From Nageia nagi (lineage: Eukaryota > Plantae > Pinophyta): a DNA stretch of 64,000 nt. The stretch covers positions 70,184,001 to 70,248,000 of the forward strand of contig JBITNC010000001.1 in assembly GCA_050084985.1 (NCBI GenBank), in the 5' to 3' direction. The stretch's first letter is position 1, and every line of letters starts with the position of its first letter. The notes beneath the pieces are model-generated. The model saw only the letters and a program-made list of their open reading frames with translations, did no database searches and was not told where the DNA came from. A program made the position numbers and the translations under genes. This document shows, piece after piece, positions 13,380 through 24,059 of this stretch.

Positions 13380-16270
13380 GGATATTAATTTGACCATTTG
13401 GCCAACAAGTTTGAAAACTTTTCTAATAAGGGTAAAATATTTTTCCAATGAGTTTAAACATTTGACCAACATGGTTAGATATTTGGGGCCAACAAGGTTA
13501 AACACTTGGTCAATGGGGTTAAACATTTAGCCAACAAAGTTTAAGAGTTTAATGGTGAAGGGCTTCAACTTTAAGGGTTTAGGGTTTAGGATTTTAAGAT
13601 TTTAGGGATTAGGTTTTTAGGATTCAAGATTCTTAGGGTTTAGGTTTTAAGGATTTAGGGTTTAAGGATTTAGAATTTAGGGTTTACAATTTGTAGGACC
13701 TGTCAAAGTTTATCTAGAAGTGAATAGATAGATAGATAAGCATTTTAAAATACTTTTAAACTAATTGTATTGTAGGAAATATCAAAGTTTATTCAAAATT
13801 ATTTACAAACATATAGCTATCTGATTGTTTCTCATAAATAATTTAGAGATTAATATAACCACTTGGCCAAAGTAGTTAAATATTTTGCAAACAAGGTTAT
13901 AAATTTGGCCAATGGGGTTAAACATTATGTTAAAGGAAATAAAGATTTTAAGGGTTACTTGGGTTTAGGAGTTTAAGGGTTAAGGGTTCAAGAGTTGCAA
14001 GGAATAAGATTTTAGGGTTTACAATTTAGTATTTAGTTTTTAGTAATTTAGGGATTTAAGGGTTTAGGTTTTAGGGGTTTAGGGTTTAGAGTTTAGGATT
14101 TGTAGGTACTATTAAGGTTTGGCCAATGGGGTTAAACATAATTTGGTTGTTGGGGTTACATTATGTTAAAGGGATTAAAGAGTTTAATGGTTACTTTGTT
14201 TTAAGAGTTTAAGGGTTAGGGGTTACTTTAGTTTAAGGGTTTAGGATTTTAGGGTTTACATTTTATTATTTAGGTTTTAGCAATTTAGGGTTTAGTGTTT
14301 AAAGTTTAAGGTCTGTAGGTCTTAACAAAGTTTAACCAATGGGTTTAAATATTTTGCCAATGGGGTTAAACTTTATGTTAAAGGGTTTAATGAATTTAAA
14401 GGTTACTTGGGTTTAAGGGTTAAGGGTTTAAGAGTTTAGTGATTTAGGGATTAAGGATTTAGGGTTTAGATTTTATGTTTTAGTATTTAGGTTTAAGCAA
14501 TTTAGGGGTTTACAATTTAGGTTTTAGGGGTTTAGGGTTTAGAGTTTATGGTTTTCAAGTCCTATAAAGGTTTTCCAAGAGGTTAAACATAATTTGTTCA
14601 ATGGGGTTAAATATTATGTTAAAGGATTTAAAGATTTTAAGAGTTACTAGGGTTCAAGAGTTTAAACGTTAAGGGTTTAAGAGTTTAAGGCTTTAGGATT
14701 TAGGATTTTAGGGTTTTATGGAAGAAGGTTTTAGGATTTAGAATTTTAGGGTTTACATTTTAGTGTTTAGGTTTTAACAATTTAGGGCTTAAGGGTTTAC
14801 ACAAGGGATGGGGGGTTAGTATTAGAAAATGATAAAATACCATGTGCAAAAATATAGGGGGTATTTTTAATATCTAGTTCAACTAGTAGTATGTCATTAA
14901 GTATTTTATAAGGGGAGGGAGGAGGGCTATTTAAAAAAAGGGGAAGGGGACTAAGGGTATTTAAAAAATCAAGGTGGGTGGTAGGGAGGGTTATGGGATT
15001 TAGGTTTTTAGGGCTTATATTTTAGTATTTAGGTTTTAAAAATTTAGGGTTTAAGGGTTTAGGATTTAGGTTTTAGGGATTTAGGGTTTAGAGTTTATGA
15101 TTTGTAGGTCCTATCAAGGTTTATCCAATGAGGTTAAATAAAATTTAGCCAATGGAGTTAAACATTATGTTAAAGGGGTTAAAGAGTTTAAAGGTTACTT
15201 AGGTTTAAGAGTTTAAGGGTTTAAGGTTTAAGATTTTATGGTTTTAAGGAATAAGGTTTTTGGGCTTACATTTTAGTGTTTAGGTTTTAGCGATTTAGGG
15301 TTTAAGGGTTTAATATTTAAGTTTTAAGGGTTTAGATTTTAGGTTTTGTAGGTCCTATCAAAGTTTTACCAACAAGGTTAAACATTTAGCCAATGGGTGA
15401 ACATTATGTTAAAGGGGTTAAAGAGTTTAAAGATTACTTAGGTTTAAGATTTTAATGGTTTAGGGTTTTAGAGAATAAGGTTTTAGGGTTTATATTTTAG
15501 TGTTTAGGTTTTAGTAGTTTAGGGCTTAAGGATTTAGGATTTGAGTTTTAGGGTTTAGGGTTTGTAGTTCTTATCAAATTTTGACCAACATGGTTAAACA
15601 TTTTGCCAATGGGGTTAAATATTATGTTAAAGGGGTTAAAGAGTTTAAGAGTTACTTGGGTTTAAGGGTTAGTTAAGGGTTTAAGAGTTTAGAGCTTAAG
15701 GGTTTATGGTTTAGGGTTTATGGTTTTAGGGTTTACATTTAGTATTTACATTTTAGAAATTTATAGCTTAAGGGTTTAGGGTTTATAGTTTAGGGTTTGT
15801 AAGTCCTATCATGGTTTGACTAATAGAGTTAAACATAAGTTGACCAATGGGGTTAAATATTATGTTAAAGAGTTTAAGGATTACTTAGGTTTAAGAGTTT
15901 AAGGTTTTAAGGTTTAAGGTTTTAGGATTTTAAGGAATAAGGTTTTAGGTTTTACATTTTAGTGTTTAGGTTTTAATGATATAGGGCTTAAGGCTTTAGA
16001 GTTTAGATTATAGGGGTTTTTGGTTTAGAGTTTAGGGTTTGTAGGTTCTATCAAAGTTTGGCCAATGGGGTTAAATATTTTTCTAATAGGGTTAAACATT
16101 ATGTTAAAGGGGTTAAAGAATTTAATAGTTACTTGGGTTTAAGATTTTAAGAGTTAAGGGTTTAAAAGTTTAGTAATTTAGTGCTTAATGGTTTAGGGTT
16201 TATGTTTTAGAGGTTTTAACATTTGCCTAATGGTTTTAAATATTTGGCCAACAAGATTAAAGGGTTTAAC
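13380..16270 (+). repeat. Interstitial telomere-derived satellite, higher-order unit ~213-245 bp
   Basis: Degenerate TTTAGGG/TTAAGGG arrays are punctuated by GTAGGTCCTATCAAG and GGCCAATGGGGTTAAACATT(ATGTTAAAGG). Anchors at 14102, 14315, ~14555, 15104, 15348, 15564, 15799 and 16041. A ~195-bp non-repeat spacer lies at ~14800-14995. Confidence 0.9.
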
Positions 16271-16369
16271 ATGAAATAAGACATACCTCATCTATTTAAG
16301 TAGGATTCCTATATTTTAATAAAATTATAGTTAAGAATTAGTAATAGTTCATCCTCCTAATTAAATGAT

Positions 16370-18328
16370 AGAGTGTTAAGTACATTTAATATTAACATAA
16401 GTCAAAGATCTTTTGAGAAATGCGAAACTTTTTATGTCAAAATTAACAAGCAATGAATAACATATTGTTGTAAAACCAATATTCATTTTAGATATTATTA
16501 TCAAGTTTTTCGATATATATGTGGTACTTTGCATACTAACAATTTCATGCAGCAACATGATTTTAATAAACCATTTAAATCTATTAATATGTTTATAACA
16601 AGTTTATTTTGTCAAATTTAGAATGGCCATTCATTTTATTCAAGTGCATGCATTTTAGGATAATGTAGTAGATGTGGTAAACTTTCATTTTTATAAGAGT
16701 GTATGCATGAAAGTAGTTCACACAAATTTGGACAAATATTTGTAGATGTGAAAAAATTCAATAATGTTGAGTATGCATTGAGGGATGGAAAAATTAGAAA
16801 GTGTGTTGATCTAATCACTAAAAAAATTAATATACATACATTTATGGACAATTTTAATAGTAAGTTTATTCCAAAATATATGAAATATTTTTAACATTTG
16901 GTGGCTTGATAGTGAATATTGTCAATGTAGAAACACATTTCCATATGGAACTATATTATCAAGCATATACTTTGCAAGAAACTATACTATTGCACCACAA
17001 GAAGAAATACAATCTCAATGTCATAATTCTCAACAAGTTCCATTTTTGTTCATATCGTATATAAACATGTAGATGATAGTACAAAAGATAATAGAAAACT
17101 TTTGAGGGAATATCATTTTTATGTGAGTGATAACTGATTACACTCACTAGAGTTTATCTAATTTTTTTAAGCTATTTTATAATAATTTGGAGGAAATAAA
17201 TATTCAAATATCACAACATTTCATATGGTCATATAATTGTACGAGATAATTTAAGAATACATGAATGTCTTATTGGCTAAGTAGGATGCATAGAGAATAC
17301 AATATCAAATATTTGTGATCTTTTTTTGAAGCTGGATATGGTAAAGGTGAACATAATGGAGATAGTACATGCGTGAAAAGAGCTCTTACTAGAGAACAAC
17401 TCAAATTTGTAGATACAAAAAAAATTCAAGATGCACATGCAATTGTGAATTGGTGTAATACAAATATATCTACTTGATCAAAAGATAATTCTCCAATTCG
17501 ATTATTTTTTTGTTAGTTTAAGAAAATGATATTAAAAGTCATCATGATTGTTAGACAATCAATGGATCAACAAAATGGAATTTATTTAAGAGTTCAAATG
17601 CAAACACATGGACTATTTGGATGAGGGAGCTTGCATATTTTTATTAGTATTATATTACAAGTGATTGGAATGAATGTACAAATATAGAATGGGTCGAGGA
17701 ATTGAAACAAAGATCCTTTTCATCTACAGAAGCACATAGTGAATAAGAAATAACAATTGAAGGTGAGAATCAACTATTTGTATTTGGGGACTATGACCAT
17801 GTCTCAGAACTTGTACAAGAAGGTGATTTTATTCAATTTAAATTATGTTCTTTATTTCATTTTATTTATATGAATGTATATTTATGTATATATGAACTTG
17901 TTTTAGGTGTCGCACTTTATTGATATATTTTTTATTTGTAGGACATGTGTCTATTGTTATGGCACCTAAGGGGAATGAAGAGGAAATAGAGTATTTTTTG
18001 GCTTTATGTGTTGAGAGAAAACATAAGTTAACTTATCATTGACATGATGATGATAGATTTTACTATCCAATAGGTTTTGTGGTGGTTGTTAGCATATGGC
18101 TAAAAAAATATAAAACAAGAAGGAATGGTTTAGGAAGATACAAATATTATGAAACACATAAGAAGATTATACACTACTCCCATTTAGTTGTGGAATTAAA
18201 TATAAAATTATCCAAATATACAAGGATACCTTATACAAGAGTGTTGTGGAACATTTCAATGCAATATCATGAGGCATTTATGAATGTTTTGCATGAATGA
18301 GAGGATACATATGGTATAGCCAATTGAA
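16370..18328 (+). pseudogene. Sola2-type DDD transposase pseudogene with an intron (17823-17941)
   Basis: Translation across stops: ISQRSFEKCETFYVK..TYCCKT; SSIYFARNYTIAPQEEIQSQ (=DFAENY..QxEIQS); YVSDN*LHS; HFIWSYNCTR*FKN (=SDxCxxQFKN); SFFEAGYGKGEHNGDSTCVKRAL (=FFxxxHGKGxxDGxGxxVKR). All three catalytic Asp are mutated (16968, 17232, 17355). The GT-AG intron restores ELVQE-G-HVSIV. Confidence 0.8.
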
Positions 18329-18394
18329 AAATACATGTAACTTTATCTCCCCTTCCCTTTCCCCTTCCCCTTCAATCCTTAATCCTATTAAAAT

Positions 18395-18560
18395 CCATCT
18401 TGTTACTCCCCTTAAGCCATCTTGTTACTCCCCTTAATCCATCTTGTTACTCCCCTTAAGCCATCTAATTACTCTCCTTAAGCCATCTAGTTACTCCCCT
18501 TAAGCCATCCCCTTAATCCATCCCCTTAAGCCATCCCCTTAGGCCACCCCCTTAATTTAA
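18395..18560. repeat. Minisatellite: 5 x 22 bp CCATCTTGTTACTCCCCTTAAG then 4 x 13 bp CCATCCCCTTAAG
   Basis: Read directly from the sequence. The 13-mer is an internal-deletion derivative of the 22-mer. Confidence 0.9.
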
Positions 18561-18786
18561 TTAAGCCATCTAGTTCAAATTGATTTAAATATTGCTTTTT
18601 AAGTCATATCCTAATTTTACATGGCATATAATTTTTGTTTTAGGCCTCCCACATCTAGATGGGTTAGTGACTATTGCATGTGCATTCAAGTCATGAGATA
18701 TATTTAAAGGTAAGAAATAAATTACTTACATGTTATTTATGCATTTAGTTATTATACATGAATTGTAACCTTTTTTTTTCAAGTCA

Positions 18787-18860
18787 ACTATATTAAGCTC
18801 AATTGGTAGAGCACATGGCTTTTAATTAAGTGTTCATGGGTTCAATTCGCATAAACATCA
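18787..18860 (+). tRNA. tRNA-Lys(UUU) pseudogene / tRNA-derived remnant
   Basis: ACTATATTAAGCTCAATTGGTAGAGCACATGGCTTTTAATTAAGTGTTCATGGGTTCAATTCGCATAAACATCA aligns end-to-end with the plant nuclear tRNA-Lys(UUU) pattern (..TAGCTCAGTTGGTAGAGCGCATGGC-TTT-TAACCATGTGGTCGTGGGTTCGAATCCC..). A and B boxes and the CTTTTAA loop are retained; stems are decayed. Confidence 0.75.
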
Positions 18861-19756
18861 TTGAAGCCTTCTTGATTTAACAGTCTTTGAAGCCTCTTGA
18901 TTTAATAAATTCAATTAGAAATGAATTGGGCACAATGATATGTTTATGTTTATCAAAATTGCCTTTATAGTTTATCATCATCTTAATTGAGAAGAAGTTA
19001 TGTTTATCAAAATGATTTATGTTTATCTCTAAGGTGTTTGTATTATATTGTGGTCATTATCGTTATCATTATTAAAGTGTTCATGTTTATGATTTATGTT
19101 TATCTCTAAGGTGCTTATTATAATCCATTTTTATTCATATTCTTTATATTGTATTATGTGATTAGAAATAGATTATGTTTAAATAGGTGTTACTACAATC
19201 CATTTTTATTCTTTATTATTGTTAAAGTGTTATATTTTGGGTGTTAGATCATTATTTACATGCTTATTGCAAACCATTTTTATTCTTATTATTTATATTG
19301 TGGTTGTTATCATTATAGTTGTTAAAGTGTTTATGTTTATTGATCTATGTTTATCTCTAAAGTTTATATTATGGTTGTTATCGTTATTTACATGCTTATG
19401 TTATCGTACATATTTTGGATTAAGTGAAATTACACATGCTTAAATGTGATTGTACATCTAACTTATGATTATATAGTCTAGTTCATTTGAATGTTTAATT
19501 TAATGCTTATGCACAAAAATATCATAACAACATCATAATCTTCGACATCCATCTAATAACATCATCAGCATAATAGCATAGTCCATAAGAATGTCCATAA
19601 AAAAATATCCATAGTCTATAGTCCATAAGAATGTCCAAATTCCACCATAACATGTCTATCCACACCACATCATCATACATATATATCATGATCTATAACT
19701 AGAACATACAAAAAAAAACATCTACATGTAAGCAAACCTAGATCTATTTATCTAGG

Positions 19757-21585
19757 ACTAGATGTGTCTCCATTATTGATTATCCTCTTCCTCTTGAATG
19801 ATGAAGATGCCACATGATGTACAAAATAAAGAAACTTAACTTATTAGATATTATCATTCATGTTTCAAATTCCTTTAAACATCAAATAAAATATTTTTTT
19901 AATCTAGATTTACACTATAAAAATGCATAAATATTACCATATCAAGTTGCTCGAATCCTCCGGCAACCATTGTAACCTGTTGTGTAGATGGTATACCCAT
20001 ATCATCGATATGAAAAGTATGAGAAATAACATCCTACAAGCTTAAATAAAACACTATTGAATAAAAATAAGTTTTTAAAAAATATAATTGCATCCATACA
20101 CAAAAATGATGTAGAAGTTTGAGTGTCAAATTATGGAATGGTGGACACTAAAGGAGCCATCGATACACCCTTTGGTTGATCTAATGATGTAGACATATAA
20201 ATCAAAATGTGGAATGGTTGACACTTGAGGAGCCATTGACATGCCCTCTGGTTGGTTGAATGGGATCATTTCAATACCTCCCTGGAATAGCAAAACATTT
20301 ATGAGCATGTATATTTACACATTCAAATGTGAATATATAACAAAATAAACATGAAAATTTTTAAACTCGGTAAATTTATTTACCTCATAAGGTACGCCAC
20401 TAGGTCTAGGAATCGAGATCATATAAGCTCTATGAGATACATCTGATGTAGAGGCTCCCATCATCTATGATGAAATAAAATTATAAAGGTATTCAAAACT
20501 AGAAATTAGAAATACACATGTACATTAAACACAAGTAGAATATGGCACACATAAACATGTATGCCAGTAAAATCGATATCTTCCAGTGACATCATCTTCG
20601 TATAAGATACCCCATGATCATCTGAAGTGGGGTAACACATATATCCTCGCAACTTTGGAAAAAATAAGGAGCAACTCCACTAACTCCCACATCACCTCCA
20701 CACTCATTGACATCAGTTACCACATGGGTAGCTTGTTCAGTGAGAGTGTAGGTGGCCTGAATCAAAGCTCCCAATGCTGAAACCACTTCCTGATGAAAAA
20801 TAGATGCAATAATAAGAGGAGTAGTAGGACGAATAAGAGGTGTAGGATGCATGGGTCTATTTGGATTAACTTGTGCCCCGATCTATTCTACCCTGATCCA
20901 TGACCAATGCCTAATTACATCTCATGTCAAAATAATTGACATGTCTTCCCAAATGATACTCAACATATAATTTCTTCCAAAAATACAAAGGGACATCAAA
21001 ATTAGAATATGGCAATTTATCAAACAACATCCACCATTGATCCCAAAACCTTTGAGACATCAATGGATGTTGATACAAATCATAGGAAATTCTTTGTTTA
21101 TTAAGGGGAATGGGTTCTCTAGTCGATTGAATAATGAAGAATGGATAAAGGATGGCTTTATTGATACCTAACATATTGACCTCTTGAGTGGACATACCAT
21201 TTGAAAAGTGATCTCTCATGCGATCTTTGAAAGAGTCAAAACCATACATATCCCCATAAACGGAACTAATAGTGTCAACTACGATTTGCATCAAAGATGC
21301 AAACCATACAACAAGACTAGGAGAACTACATATATTATTGATGTGATTTATTTTTCCTTATAACTCAATGATATTTTGAGCAATAGTATCTCGCAACTAT
21401 TACTCATCTATATCAGCAGGTGGGGGTGGGGGTGAGGGTGGGGGTAGAGGTTGAGGGGATGTAGGAGAAGGGGATGGAGGTTGGGCATGTGGAGGGGGTG
21501 AATTGTGTGGGATATTTTGGTTTACCTCATCTAATGTGGCATATATATTATGATAAAGATCATCAGATGTCTCATCCATGATCAT
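19757..21585 (-). pseudogene. Multi-exon gene of unknown function, convergent with the Sola2 transposase (candidate TE accessory protein)
   Basis: Large first exon (~21585-20565): Pro-rich tract, then FWDQWWMLFDKLPYSNFDVPLYFWKKLYVEYHLGRHVNYF and a decayed Cys motif (FQSCEDIC). Small exons follow with AG/GT-like borders at ~20385-20465, ~20105-20281, ~19938-20033 and ~19757-19818. In-frame stops are present. Confidence 0.65.
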
Positions 21586-21899
21586 AAAAGGGAACTTGCA
21601 AACATTAGCTATTACATATAAATATAAATAAACTCAATTACATAGAACTAGAACAATAAATTTTTAAACTCGATAAAACACTATGGTATAAAAGAATTTG
21701 TAAGATTGATAACCTAAATTATATAGAAGATGAGAACCATTTTATATGCATTAATATATTTTAGGAAGATATTAAAAAAACCTATAATTATATGTATGTG
21801 TATGCATGTGTGTGTACCTTTGGACCCATTTTGACAAATCATTATGTGTGTATCCCTTTGGATATATTTTAATAAATCACATAGATCGATTAGGTATAA

Positions 21900-22420
21900 A
21901 GGATGTTAAAATATGTCATATTATATTCTATCATAAAGGTAGAAGTGAAATTAAGTAGAAAGGAAGAACATGTAAATAGAAGTTATGGTAAGACCTCAAA
22001 CATGGGGAATCAAACTCTACAAAAATTGAAGATGAAGGAGAGCAAAGAAAAGATAAGATTGTAAAACCTAATTTGGGAGATCGTAGAGATTTTAAAGGTA
22101 AGGAAGTTAGAAGGTAGTAGTTATATAGCCTAAGGCATGTGAATATCCATAAAATAATAAGACTATCAATAAGATTAAGATGAAATAAATGATCTTCAAG
22201 CCATAGAGGTCAAGATTCAAAAAGACTTTAATGCTTTACTTAACTATAATTATGGGATGTAAATAAGTGAAGTAAGATGATCAAAGGTCAAAAAAAATAT
22301 TTCAAACTATATGCAGGTACCAAGGGAAGGTGTATAAAGTGATAATTGATAATGGCTCAACAAATAACTTTATAAGTATTAAAATAGTATAAAAGTTGCA
22401 ATTAGTTTGCATTCTAAAAG
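21900..22420 (+). mobile_element. Ty3/Gypsy (chromovirus-like) gag/protease fragment
   Basis: GKVYKVIIDNGSTNNFIS aspartic protease motif at ~22325-22380, preceded by decayed zinc-knuckle-like sequence. Confidence 0.65.
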
Positions 22421-22769
22421 AAGGGTTATTCCTAAGAATCGTCCCAAAAAACACCTATAGAAACCAAGGTGAATTAGTTTTGACATTTGGGTAAAACTAT
22501 AACCTTTAAAATAAAAGGTATAAGTGGATACATACCATATGTTGATTTTTTGGAGATTGGATACATAAAATTAATACTTGCCTATAAATTTAGGGCAAAT
22601 GGCCCCCTTCTAAGGGTCTAAATATTAGCCAATTTTAAAATTTTAAAATCTTAAAATCCTATTTTTTTCTTGTAAGAGCTTATTAGCCACTAGGAAAAAC
22701 ATTGCCTAAAAGTTTAGTTATATAATTGTTTACGTCTAAAATAAATTCTAATGATGGACCAATGTTAAA

Positions 22770-23205
22770 ACTAAACTAATTTTTGATCAAACTAACCTAA
22801 AATTTTGATCAAACTAACCTAAAGTTTAATCAAACTAACCTAAAGTTGAATCAAACTAACCTAAATTTTCATCAAACTAACCTAAATTTTTTATCAAACA
22901 AACCTAAATTTTGATCAAACTCTAAATTTTCATCAAACTAACCTAAATTTTTCATCAAACGAACTTAAATTTTCATCAAACTAACCTAAATTTTGATCAA
23001 ACTAGCCTAAATTTTTATCAAACTGACTTAAATTTTTATCAAACTAACCTAAAAGTTATATCAAACTAGCCTAAAGCTTTATCAAACTAACATAAAAATT
23101 TATCAAACTGACCTAAATTTTTATCAAACTAACCTAAGTTTTTATCAAACTAACATAAAATTTTATCAAAGTAACCTAAATTTTTATCAAACTAACCTAA
23201 ATTTG
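22770..23205. repeat. 21-22-bp tandem repeat, ~20 copies (TTTTTATCAAACTAACCTAAA)
   Basis: Head-to-tail units without spacers. The reverse strand contains TTTAGGTTAG. Confidence 0.92.
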
Positions 23206-24059
23206 ATAAATACCTATATTTTTAAGGTCCAATACTAACTTGTGAAGCATGTTTGGAGGAAGGAAAATGATAATATGGTAGGGGTAGTGTATCTTTCTTT
23301 CCATTGATTGATCAACACTTAGTAAAAATTTTATAATTATGGGTATATTTATATTACATAACAAACTAATTAAAATTTGGAGTTTAATTTATGGTGATAA
23401 GGATGCAATATTTTAGCTTAGGTGTGAAGGAATAAAATTATTATAGTTTACTTATGAAGGATTATACGTGTTATGATTTGGTTAATTAATAACTAGGTGT
23501 TTTTTACATTTTATTTACGTCTAACAATATCACTATTAAACTCACAAATTAAACTAAAAAAATTGAAAATTTCAAAAAACAAAAATTCACAAAAAACATT
23601 AAATTTTTAGTAAAACAAAAAATTAAATAAGGGCATGGTTACTAGAGCTTACCTAGACAAAGCTTGGTGAAAATGAAGGCAGTTAGGGGAAAAAATAGTA
23701 GCAAATTTTGAGATCCCAAAATGGACATCTATCGATGTTACAAGGGTTTCAAAGTCGTAGGCTATAGCCTAAAGAATGAGCTTTACGACATGTTACATGA
23801 TATTTATGTTTAAAATATCGAGATCTTGAAATTTTGAGATCTCAATTTGTTTCAGTATCTCTATCCTATATCAAGATCCCAATATATCCTAGGTTTGGGA
23901 TCTCGAAGCTATTTTAAAAATCGAGATCCTAATATATTTAATATCAGGATCCCCATATTTTTGACTCTAAGTATTTCACCTGCACTTCCTCTTCAAGTGG
24001 ACCCAATTTCTTGATTTCACCCTTAAAATGGAATATATTATAAATTAACAAAGTTAAAT

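Larger units (their letters stand above)
12402..21585. mobile_element. Putative large composite Sola2-type DNA transposon (decayed; termini not located)
   Basis: Contiguous block: N-terminal exon-like ORF at 12402 (EIIANRERDAKWKRHRKAR), telomere-derived satellite, Sola2 transposase core, minisatellite, tRNA-Lys remnant and a convergent multi-exon gene. All show similar C>T/G>A decay. Physical linkage into one element is inference. Confidence 0.55.

Noticed and set aside
13380-16270. True chromosome end/telomere
   Set aside because: It is interstitial, highly degenerate and has higher-order periodicity, with ordinary TE sequence on both sides.
18787-18860. Functional tRNA-Lys gene
   Set aside because: The acceptor and anticodon stems no longer pair, so it was kept only as a pseudogene.
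22770-23205. CRISPR-like array
   Set aside because: Units are head-to-tail without unique spacers, there are no cas genes, and the context is eukaryotic; it is a minisatellite.
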